Part shown: piece by piece, positions 1-10,935 of the stretch | How the letters are laid out: the number at the start of each line of letters is the position of its first letter | Numbering within the stretch: position 1 is the stretch's first letter | Origin: Callorhinchus milii | Lineage: Eukaryota | Length of the DNA stretch: 64,000 nt | Direction of reading: 5' to 3' | NCBI RefSeq assembly: GCF_018977255.1 | Contig: NW_024704742.1 | Location: forward strand, 9,612,001 to 9,676,000 | Notes under the pieces: model-generated | What the model saw: the letters and a program-made list of their open reading frames with translations, nothing else | Database searches by the model: none | What the model was told of the DNA's origin: nothing | Position numbers and translations under genes: made by a program

Positions 1-34
1 GTCCAAAATAACGTAGCACAGTTTTAATGTACTC

Positions 35-351
35 AATAATAATCCTTGCATTTGATATAACGCTTTTCACGTCGGGAGGACGTCCCAAAGCGCTTCACAG
101 AAGACACTGTAAAGTGAATTGACTGTATATTTGTGGGCGAACGCGGCAGCCAATTGTGCACAGCAATGTCCCACAAACAGTCGTAGATTGAAAATGACCA
201 ATTTATTATTGTTTTTGGTTTTGGAGGAATTATTATTAGGCTCTGTGTGGAGTAAGGAAACTTGCCCAAGGTTTCGCCCTCTGCCTGGAATTGAACTCAG
301 GTCTCTCACTTGCAAAGCGAGTGCTCTAACCACTGAGCTACAGGACTCCAC
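35..351 (-). mobile_element. tRNA-derived SINE, short young subfamily
   Basis: A box TAGCTCAGTGG, B box GTTCAATTCC, (ATT)n tail; ~7 substitutions versus the copy at 44921-45260. Confidence 0.92.
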
Positions 352-2418
352 ATATAGACCATATTGTTCACATTTGATGGGTGTAAAACTTTGCAAATAG
401 ATGCAGAACACACAGCAGTTCCTTTATATGTACGCTGTGTGGATTTAAGGGTAATGTTACTGAAATCTGCCTGCCAGCTCAACCTAATCCATTACAGGGG
501 CTTAGACAGTGGTCAAAGAGAAACCAATTTGTACCACATGCGCCCACAGCAACAAATATGTCACATCCCTTATCTCTGCCAGAATTCAAATCACACTCTT
601 CGCCCTCTTCCTGCGCTACCAACTAACGCAACTTCCAAAAATGTAGCAATAAATATTTTGACACTTGTAATCTTTTCTCTGAAATATTACGAATGCAGAC
701 GAATTGTTATCAGCCGGAGCACCTTATTACAACTGAACTGAGTTTCAATTTCTATAAGAAAGCCAGTCTCTAGGAAGTTTACAACACAGAAATATTTTAA
801 GTGGCAGTCTGACATGAACCAGATAAACGTATAGCTGTAGCTGTTTTTGTTGAATTCTTAATATAGTAGTTTCTGGTTAACTGTTTGTGTCCTTAAATAA
901 AGTTGAATAACGTAGCTTGGATTTGTGTGGGAGTCAGAGATCTGTGAAGAGAGAGATGCATGCAGATAGTATTGTCTTTATGTTCTGTGAGCATGTTCCC
1001 TTTATAACGCCCCTAGTCTGAAGCTTATGAAACTCCTATTTTTTTCTCTCTTTTGATGGCCTTTTCTTGAACCCTGATGTGAATGTGCCTTTCTGTGCTG
1101 TAATTGTAGCTACAACTAACATTCTTTGTTCGTTCAAGTGCAAGCATCCACTAAAAATTGTAGTGATATGCATGTTTGAGCTTGTGAGTGTTTAACAGCG
1201 GTTACTTTTCTTTTCAATGGAACTAATATGTATTGTTGGCAGTGCTCACATAGGACTGCAGTGGTGATCAATGCTGGACAAGGAAACCCAAATGTGATCA
1301 TGTCGAGTTTCTTCCTGAAAGCAAAACATGAGCGTACAGGGAATATTTTGAAAACGAGACATTCTTTTTATGGGGGGGGTATTTTTTTTCCTGTAACCAA
1401 TGTGATTCTCGAATTGAAAGGGCTACTATCCCTTCTAATACCTTAAATATAAAATAACTCTAACTGTAGTGGAATAAGTTGTATGATACCGTTCGTACCT
1501 TGTCGAAAGGGGATTGACTTCAAACTCTGGACACTTGAGTGCCAATCAGTAGGTTTTGCCTGACTGTGTCCAGCCAGCAAACACAGAAGGGGTAGGGATT
1601 TGATCGCACTCATCTAAAATAGCAACCCCGCAGTCTTCCCATTACCGCTTCTAGCTGTTATATCAAGTGTGGAAGTCTCCCAGTTCATGGAAAGCCTGAT
1701 CGTATTGAAAGTTTTCTCCTCTGCCTGAAACTCTTGTCAACTCTTCACTCATTTTGATTTAAACATGCAGGAATGTAGCTCGTACTGAAAATCAAGCTCC
1801 ATTTTACACAGCCCAGGAAGGCACATTTAGCTGTGCTATGGATTATGATCTGTTTTTTTCTGAAGGGATGATTTCACAAATCTCACTTTTACCATTTCCT
1901 CCCCTATTCCATTTCTCCCTCACCATCTCTAGTCTGCACATAAGCAATGGCAACTTTGGCTTTACCATCACTAGTGTCAGAGTCCAACTGAAGAAATTAT
2001 GATATTCATAGTTAAGTTCAGATAAACTACGTATGGCTATATTTACTTCATATTTCATCTCCAGTTAAACAGGGGTGGGGGGAGGAGCAAGTTAATATTT
2101 CAGCTAAAATTCTTTGTGATATTCCCAGGCACTTTTCGTGCCATTGATGTCCAGCTGCTTTAATTGCTGTGGAGATTTTCAAATCATAGTTTATTAACAA
2201 AGTACCAATTCCCTGGTGGGTTTTCTGACCTCAGACAAAGCAGCTTATCTGAGCACTGCCTAACCATGAATGTTGCCACTCACCATGTCTTCCGTGTTCG
2301 AGCACAGGCTAACCATGTTACTCACGTGTACCTTTTTGTTCCAGTATGTTGTATCTGCTCTTCTCTGAAACTTTTTTCCCTTTTTTTTCTTTTTTTTGTC
2401 AACTTTCTGCATTGGCAG

Positions 2419-2442
2419 AGCATCTTGGAATTGAATTTATGG
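2419..2442 (+). CDS. NRG1: Neuregulin 1 linker '1' microexon (beta1 isoforms), (K)HLGIEFM(E)
   Basis: Long poly-T tract, then ttggcag|AG CAT CTT GGA ATT GAA TTT ATG G|gtatgg; 24 nt, phase 1-1; encodes the KHLGIEFME linker known from NRG1-beta1 and joins the TM exon in frame. Confidence 0.93.
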
Positions 2443-2799
2443 GTATGGACAATCATTCCTTTTAACCTGCAGAATAAACTCTTAACAGCTAGGACCTACC
2501 TTCAATTCTTAACCAGTCTCCCCGCCACCCACCCCATCCCCACCCCCTCCCTTTTGCTTTCAGAAGGGATGATCCATTCCGAATAGCCTGTCTGCCATTT
2601 TAATTAATGTTTCTTGGGTAACAAATAGAAAATGGGAAAGGGAGTGTTTCCCGGACATCTCACGAACAGCAACTATCTTCATTTGACTGTGAAGTTGCAC
2701 AGCTTAGACTTTCAATTAGCACCCATCTCATAGTTGTCAGTCTGCTTAAGACTTTCTTACCAAAAATACCAGTTCAGAACCCTCAACAATTCAACAAGC

Positions 2800-3085
2800 T
2801 TGTCCAGTGAGAGTTAAACCCATCCCCTGGTCTGTGCTGAATTAGCAGATCTTGGCCAGTCAGTGGTTGAGGTGCTGGTATTCTTTTCAACACCAGCGGT
2901 TTAGGGAGGAAAGCTTGCTAAGCTCCCATTCCTGATCGCTGCATAAATAGCCAACAAAATTCAACCCTGAGACTCCCACACCCATACCAAGGTAATGGAG
3001 GGTGACAAGAGCAACATGGCATTGTACCTCTAGTAAAAGAGAAAGGGAGACAACTGCTTTCAGGGCAGGAGAAGATTAGCGAGGA
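2800..3085 (+). repeat. Ancient interspersed repeat (SINE-like), degraded
   Basis: GGTCTGTGCTGAATTAGCAGATCT and TTCCTGATCGCT blocks are shared with 7020-7075 (-), ~24150-24260 and 44170-45320. Confidence 0.5.
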
Positions 3086-4799
3086 AAAAAATAATTGGGT
3101 TTGAAATCAATCCCAGTATTCCATTCTATTGGAAGACTCGAAAGAGTTCGGAGTTCATTTGATTATCAGTTTTAAGACTCTGACATCATGGTGTGTTTCC
3201 GAATTCAATTTTTCATTGAATTAAGTGGAAACATCTAATTTAATATTGATAGAAAATTAAAGGCCAACAATTAAAATACAGCTAGCTGCAAGCCTGCCTC
3301 GCTACTGGGCTACAGTAAAACTCTTAACAGGCATCAAGATAAATATTCTTACCATTCAGTGTTTAAAGCCTTTTTTTTCTTAAAGTAACCAAAATCATGG
3401 TATTGTAACTTAATAACTAACTAATTATCAATGATTAATTAATAATGAATTAACCCTTATTTAATGCATTAATTAAATTGGATTGTATTTCAAACGATAT
3501 TGCAAAATGTTACATACCAAATCCCAAAGTTTATCTTTAAAGGCCATGACTTTTGGAATCAAATTGGTTCTTTCTTTGTTTAATTCGCCCCCAAATTATT
3601 TTGCTGAATGTAATAACATTTAAAGTCATATTTACATTTTATTTCCAAACTTTTTGCAATTTGGCCGATAGTTCAGAGACCTCCAGGCTCAAAACAACAC
3701 AAACCTCTGGGCTCTAAAGGGTTCAAAAGCTAGGAGTCCCAACTTCTGGACTGCCCACGAGAATGACCTAATAAACATGAATAGGAAACAACTCAATTTA
3801 CAAGACGAATAAATAACGTTGCAGAAGTAAATGATATTTCTGGCTGCAGCTTGTGAAAGCTTTTCTGAATGGCAGGGCTTCAAGACTTGATTTAGAATCT
3901 CTGGATTTTGCCCTCTCTTTGAATACCCACTGCTCTAGGGATTCCCGAAGGACTTTTTCCATGTCACTTACACATGAGTTGAAACAATTTCTCCCAGCTC
4001 AAAATGATTTGGGCTATTTGGCTTTGCCACATCAACTTGTGGCTTTGAAATTAATGAAGTCATCTCAACCATTAGAACACCTCATTGAAATCCAAAACGT
4101 ATTGGCGCTCATTTCTTAGGCAATGAAAGCAGCATTCGGATGGCTGTGAGCTTGAGGTGACATACTCAGTGCACGTTTGGTATACTGCTCAAATTGCCTT
4201 CGAGGAAAGAGCTGACTCTCAACTGGCATGTGGGTTTCATTAAACAAAACATAGTCAGACCTGTTGGTGTACAGAACACGGCAATAAACAGACATAGTTC
4301 TGGTAATTCCCTAACAATGGAAGAGAAGTGAGATATGATACAACTTCCTTCCTTTTCTCCTTAGAAGCCTTCAGTCTCACTGGGCTCATAAAAAAAACAG
4401 TTCACAGGAAATCCATTGAATTTTTCTAATTCAAATCGAGGCATTTTTGTACCACCATTTAACTCTTATGCTTTTGGCAGTGGTAATATAATGGGGAAAA
4501 GACCTACAGATGAACCTTCAAGGCACAAATTAATGTAGGTTTATATCAGGGTATATATCACTCAACAGGTTTGACAAGTATATCCTTGAGGTAATCAAAA
4601 CCATGGCCTCATATGAATTTGAAAGTGAAATTTCAATTTAAATAGACCCAAGGAATAAAAACTGGATTAAAACATCTTAACATGAAGAAGAGAGAGAAAC
4701 AAAGGAAAATATGTTATTCTTAATAAACGGTATAGAATTTAAAAACAAACTAAAAAGATATTTTAACTCCTGTGCATATTTTAAAAAACATTTTGTTTG

Positions 4800-4930
4800 T
4801 AACATAGGAACAAGAATAGGCTATTCAGCTATTCCACCTGTTCCACCATTCTATTAGAGCATGGCTGATCTGTACCTCGACTCCAATTACCGCCTTTAGC
4901 CCATATCCCTTGAAAGCCTTATCTCACAAA
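4800..4930 (-). mobile_element. CR1 LINE 3' end fragment
   Basis: Similar to 40137-40470 (ATCATGGCTGAT, CCAATTACC-GCCTT, CCCATAT). Confidence 0.6.
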
Positions 4931-7079
4931 AACATAGAAAGATAAGCAGGGCACTTCATTTGAATTCAAACCTCAGGAATCCTAATCTGCGTTTTTGTCG
5001 CCCAACAGTCAGTGAAGAACACAAACCGATAAGTCAAAAAGAACTGGTTACCAATTTGACTGAAGTCTTTCCCATTTTAAATTTTTGTCTTTTTTGTAAT
5101 TTCCAAAGCACCCAAGTACAGGCAGTGTATTTTTGTGCTGGCACAGGCAGTCGGTGATTATATTGTATGGGACATCCCTTCGTACTCTGCTTCAATCAGC
5201 TTCCTCTTCAAATCTTCCTCTCTCTTGTTTTCCAGTAAGAAGCATGCTATGCCAGGCCTACAGTTGACTCCTTTAACCCAAAACTACTTTTTTAAATCAA
5301 AATCTCTACCCTTCTGGCATCTTCTTGCTACCCTTTTGTTTTTATGTTCCGTTTGAATACTCCCTGCATTGGCGAAACTAGTATTTCCATAATACAGTAA
5401 TTCTCCTGAATTGATGTATAGACTCTATAGTGATTGTCTCATCTGTCATGACTGTCCCATGTTCTTTCTGTTTAATAGCTATGCAGGATCAGAGACAAAG
5501 TGTATCATTGATGTAACACGAAAGCTGTTTACTGAAAAACTGTTGCTCCTTTGTTGCGAATGAAAATCAGGAACTATTTGAAGTTTTCTCATATGATTTG
5601 AAGGACAAAGGCGCAAATTAAATTAAATTAAAAATGCTGAAACATTTAGCAAGGATTAATTGGTCGTCTTGTTCCTCTATAGATGTATATATTTGAAAAG
5701 CTCACAAATGTGCATCAGTGGGAAGAAAGTTAACAAATAACATGAGTTTCCAGAACTGAACTGGCTGATCTGGGAGACCGAATAGTCTGGGAGGAGCTTT
5801 AAGGAATTGGATGCCCTCTCTCTTAAAAGAAAGGCACTCTCTCCCAATCATTTTTCCAATTGCCCGTCTCCAATGTTAACATACAGATGATGGATTTTTG
5901 CTTGCTACAAATATCACATGCACCTTTTCGGAAGAGAATGAAAAAAAGATGATTTGATTTAAGAGAAACTGCATATTCCTGATTTTCATAGCCCCCAGCC
6001 TGCCACAGTAATTCTTTCATTGGCAGCTCTTTCTCTTTCTATACAAATTTAACAGAATGTTTTTAAAGATAATTTGATCCTGTGAATGTTGTGATTGTTC
6101 TCCTGTGTGCCAGGCTTAAGAGGCTTGTTACTATTGAATGTTTCTCTGTATAAAACAAGTTGGGTGCTGACTTGTCCCACCAAATAACATTGACAGTAGA
6201 GCTTCTCCACAAGGCTTGCCCTTCTCCTTCGGCTGAAAGGGGAAGGTGAAAAAATGGAAAGAAAAAGCTCTGAAATTATCTTTTCAAACGATTGCATTAT
6301 AAGGTGGTGAAGTAACAGAATTGGCTATCAATATATTAAATGGCTATATAATTGCTAAGGCCCATCCTGTTGGTGCTCTGTGCAGGAAACATCAATGAGT
6401 AATAACCAATTTAGTTTTACTGTTTTTATATCTTTTCGTTACATATTTCATCTATAACTCTCAGGAGTTATAAGCTGCACTGCGGGGATTAAAAGAAAGG
6501 CAGTAACTGTCACACAGAAGCTTTTCATTTGCTTCTAGTTTACTTCCGTTCATGCTCTGCTTGAGTAAAAGATGCTAGCAAAGTGAGGTGCAGATCTCTT
6601 TTGGGTCTAAGAAATGCGCAGGGACGGGATATCGATACACTTTAAGTTTGTGATCAGCAAGAGTTAAATAGTTTCCAAACACATTTGAATGAATGGGGAA
6701 TATGCTTATTTGTAAGAGTGCCACAGATCAAAATAGATTCCTTTTGTTTCCTTCAATTTTCTCCACTCCTGCCCTAACCACTGGAAGCACTTGCTTCCTT
6801 TTTCCTTTGACAGTAATATCATCACTGTATGCAATCGGCCCTTTTTGGATATTCTCGATATCCGTAGTGGGGTCAGTGAAGCCCTCCCATCCTCACTAAC
6901 CCCAGAGCGCTGTGACCTGTGTCCTGTTGCGCTCCTATAAGCCGTCCGGCATGAAGGACGCTATATAAATGCAAGTTGTTGTTGTTTTGCTGAGGGCATT
7001 TATTACTCACTCCAACTGTAATCCAGGCTGAGATCAGCTAATTCAGCAGAGCCTTTGACCTCCTGATCTGAACAGCACT

Positions 7080-7305
7080 ATAATAATAATAATCCTAGCA
7101 TTTGATATAGCGCCTTATCACGTCTTCTAGACGTCTCAAAGCCCTTCACAGAATATACTGTGAAGTGAATTGACTCTATGTTTTGTGGGTGAAACACGGC
7201 AGCCAATTGTGCACAGCAGAGTCCCACAAGCAATCGTGGATTGAGTGACCAAATTATTATTTTTTAAAGGAATATTACCCACAGAAAAGCAATCCACCAA
7301 TCGAC
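7080..7305 (-). mobile_element. tRNA-derived SINE, 3' two-thirds
   Basis: Reverse complement of the family body and tail. Confidence 0.88.
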
Positions 7306-7704
7306 TAGTGATAGTAATGATACTTGGCTAGTTTGACCTGGATTTTTTTTTAGACAAAATGATTATTAAATGGGGGTGTCACAAGTAAGAACTGACAATG
7401 ACCTTAAACATCATCTATCTGTTGCTGCCCATTTTAAAGAGCTTCTACTTAAGACAGGGCATGAATTGAAAGTAACGGTGAAGTCGAAAGCATTTGGTAA
7501 ACAAGGAGCTGCCTTTTTTTTTCAACTGTTGATGTCGGTCTTCACTTTGTGTGGTGCTTCACGTACAGAAGTGGCAAAGCAAGCCAAAGTGAAGACTCCT
7601 CCACCTCGCTGAATGTTCCCGTTTTCACGGTGCGCGCTGACGTCTCTGCGAAGCAGGACCCGCCCGAGGCCATAATGTTCTTTGTTCTCTCGTCCTTTCT
7701 CCAG

Positions 7705-7807
7705 AGGCTGAGGAGCTGTACCAGAAACGGGTACTGACAATAACTGGCATCTGCATCGCCCTGCTGGTGGTTGGCATCATGTGTGTGGTGGCCTATTGCA
7801 AAACCAA
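7705..7807 (+). CDS. NRG1: Neuregulin 1 transmembrane exon: (E/K)AEELYQKRVLTITGICIALLVVGIMCVVAYCKT(K)
   Basis: cctttctccag| ... ACCAA|gtaaat; 103 nt; translation is the NRG1 juxtamembrane/TM sequence; missed by the ORF track. Confidence 0.98.
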
Positions 7808-8879
7808 GTAAATGCAAATACCTTTTGTCCTTTCAAATGATAGCTGGAACCTGTCTGATCTGTGTCCCATGTTCTGTTCCTTCTTGTATCTAATTACAGG
7901 AGATCCCTGTACACCTCCTGCATTACAGCACTGTGTCAGGATAGCATCTCAGCACTCTGAGACACCATCCTGCATGAGGGGTGCTAAATATATGCAGGCT
8001 GTTGCCCCATCTTTATAAGGTGGGTGGGTAGGAGGTAAGAATAGGAGGCATATGTACACCATGGATTGAATAGAAATTGCCAGAAGGAGGTTGAAGGAAA
8101 TCTAGGGGTGTTCGTTGACTCATCTGTAACAGGCAACAATAAACAAAGCAAACAGGAGCTCAGCTATTTTGTCAAATCAGCTGAGTTCAGATCTTCAGAT
8201 GTCATACTCAAATTGTGAGTCAGGTTAGGTGCATCTAGACTTTGGATACAATTCTGAGGGCCCTCTGACATAAGGGGCTGCCCAAACCCTAGGAGTAGTG
8301 CAAAAAGGAACAAGGATCTTGATCCAGTGTAAGAGGAAGGAGTAATGTAAGTAATGGTTAGACAAGCTGAGAACATAAGATCATAAGAATTTGCTACGCA
8401 AAAGAAGACCAAGGTCCATCTTGTTCGCCTTCCACCACCCCGGCAGTTGCTTGACGTGTCGTGTCCCAAACTATTTCCTGAGATATTATTTTCTAATAAT
8501 TTTCTAAATATTATCTAATGAAAGCTGAAGACTCAGAGAGGATCTTATTGAGATGTAAACGATTTATCAATAACAATAATCAATGTATTTGATATAGCAC
8601 CTTTCACATAGGGAGGCTGTCTCAAAGTGCTTCACAGGATTTATTGTAAAGTGCAGTGAATGTCACCAAAACAAGTATCAATCCTGTCAATCCTACAATA
8701 TTCCAGAGGAGCACAACAGCTTTAAAACATTGAACTCTACCCATTGGGTGAAGTTCCTTGATAAAAGCTGATGGCAAAAGGTAATAAAATTCAAAAGATA
8801 AAGAATGGAGAAGTGATGTGGTTTACTCTAATAGCTAATTACACTAAAAGCATTTTATCAGTAATTACTATTAGTTGCA

Positions 8880-9230
8880 GTGACTGTTTTTGCTGGTAAA
8901 TTTGGAAGCCACATGACACACACTATTCTGGAGGTCTGTTGGCCAGGATACTGAGAAAAACTCTCTTTGCTCATGGGTTAGTGTCATGGGATCTTTAATC
9001 TTATTGCTTTCAATGGGTGGCATTAATTGAATCTTGAATACAATGAATTTAATGCGGCAGACAGGAGCTTGGTTTAACATCTTATCTGAAAGACCACACC
9101 ACCAACAATGCAGCACTCCCCCATTACTGTACTGGAGAGTATCTGCCCCAAAGATGAGCTCAAGTTCCAATGTGGGGTGAACCCATAACTTTCTGACAGA
9201 AAGACAAAGAGTATTTATCATAGCCTGAGC
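8880..9230 (-). mobile_element. Older Deu-type (SacSINE1-like) tRNA SINE, degraded
   Basis: TGTCATGGGATCTTT, GGTTTAACATCT and CAATGCAGCACTCCC blocks shared with 35650-36045, 43735-44070 and 53345-53750. Confidence 0.7.
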
Positions 9231-10140
9231 ACTGAATGTAGCTTATCTGACCAGTCTCTCACAGTGGGTCAGTGAAGCTTGCAGTACAGGGGGGAGGGGG
9301 GCTGGAGACCGGACCAAACTTTAGTGGTTAAGAAAAGCATTGACTCAATTTATGTCATTTTTAACTTTATTCAATCCTGATCAAGACTTCCACTGCAATT
9401 CTAACTCTGAATGTTCTCACTTAGAATTGAATGCATGTACCAATCAAGCAAGACGCTTCTTGAGATGGAAGGGGGATAAAAAGATTCAAATGAAATAGTT
9501 TATGTGTTGCTCTTGTCCAAAATGTTTGAATCTCAACAATGTGGTTGAAATTGGTTTTGGATAATGCAGATATCACAGTCAGCATTCTGGAAAAATGTAT
9601 GTAAAATGACACCCTACTCACAGTGAAACTGTCCAGTCTAGTTAACCTTCCATTTCTTCAATTCTTTTCCATATTGATCTTTCTTTTCCTGGTAGAAAAC
9701 ACTCCATGACTTCAGTAAAAATAAAATAAATCTATATTGGTGGCTGGATATAGAGGAAAGATAGATTAAATTCAATATATTGAACATTTAACCAACGTCT
9801 TCTATTGAAGGCAATACTCCCACTGACTCTCTCAGTAATCTGAAGCAGATGACATTGAATATACATTAAATGTACTGGAACAGTCAGGCTACAAAGGATT
9901 AACACATTATGGAGACTTAACCTGATATCTAAGCATTAATGAAATGTGTAAAATGTATTCAGATGATAGAACTCTTTTAATATATACATAGCGCAGACAT
10001 ATTTCACATTTAGATTAAACACTGCTTATCCTTTTGAACCGATGTATCATGTCAGTATTTCATTGTTACTGTTCTTATTTCATATTTTGTGGCTGGGGAG
10101 TGGGGGTTGGTGTGAAGAGAGAAGCATTGCATTCAGGCCT

Positions 10141-10510
10141 GTGGAGTCCTGTAGCTCAGTGGTTAGAGCACTTGCCTTGCAAGCGAGAGACCTGGGTTCG
10201 ATTCCCAGACAGGGCAAAACCCAGGGAAGTTTCCTTACTCCACACACATGCCTCTGTTTATGTAGCAGTAAATAGGAACCCACTTGTTAGTGATTGGCAG
10301 ATTGCCTTCCGGAGGTAATAATCCCTCCAAAATAATAATCGTTTGGTCACTCAATCCACAACTGTTTGTGCGACACTGCTGTGCGCAATTGGCTGTCACG
10401 TTTCGCCCACAAAATGCACAGTCACCACACTTTACAGTGTATCCTGTGAAGCGCTGTGAGACATCTCGAAGATGTGATAAGGCGCTATATCAAATGTGAG
10501 GATTATTATT
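10141..10510 (+). mobile_element. tRNA-derived SINE, full-length long form
   Basis: GTGGAGTCCTGTAGCTCAGTGG head, GGTTCGATTCCC B box, body and GATTATTATT tail; ends 47 nt before the exon acceptor at 10558. Confidence 0.93.
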
Positions 10511-10557
10511 GTAAATTAATTCATGGATCTTGTTTTGGTTTTGACCTTTAACCATAG

Positions 10558-10684
10558 GAAACAGAGGAAAAAGCTGCACGACCGTCTCAGACAGAGCCTC
10601 CGCTCCGAACGAAGCAACATGGTGAACCTTGTGAACGGACCCCATCACGCCAACCATCCTGCAGATAACGTCCAGCTTTCCAAC
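10558..10684 (+). CDS. NRG1: Neuregulin 1 cytoplasmic exon 1: KQRKKLHDRLRQSLRSERSNMVNLVNGPHHANHPADNVQLSN
   Basis: accatag|G AAA CAG ... TCC AAC|gtaggt; 127 nt, phase 2-0; overlaps ORF 10523..10705. Confidence 0.97.
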
Positions 10685-10759
10685 GTAGGTTATGGGAGTG
10701 CGTAGATACTGTGCAAATAGAGGCTATGTTGGGAGAATTTGCGAAATTCAAATTCTGGA

Positions 10760-10935
10760 CACTCTGATCAGCTGGGAGTCAAACCATGCTTAAGAATATC
10801 TAAACTAGACTGAGAGCCCCACAAGGACATGTTACCTACACATTGGAAATCTCCCTGTGTATAGAATGGAACACTATCTCCTTGGAGAGATGCACCCTGA
10901 TTACCTAATTCCAATGAGCATTGGTGTAAAGCAAG
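10760..10935 (+). repeat. Unclassified ancient repeat, terminal fragment
   Basis: CAGCTGGG, ATGCTTAAGAATATC and CTCCTTGGAG blocks shared with 37890-38285, 41915-42110, 32200-33163 (-) and 51950-52706 (-). Confidence 0.65.

Noticed and set aside
33..411. Recurrent ORFs such as VESCSSVVRALALQ and [10 protein letters not shown] in many places
   Set aside because: Translations of non-coding SINE copies, not a gene family
1..2400. NRG1 EGF alpha/beta exons
   Set aside because: No KCxxxFTGxRC-type coding sequence found; they must lie upstream of the window
6814..6899. Strong acceptor (TTCCTTTTTCCTTTGACAG) followed by an open frame
   Set aside because: No similarity to known NRG1 linkers, no good in-phase donor, and it runs into an L2 tail; treated as a chance site
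7569..7675. Possible extra linker exon and CpG-rich patch before the TM exon
   Set aside because: The phase-1 frame stops at 7610-7612, the longer open frame is out of phase with the TM exon, and the pyrimidine tract is weak
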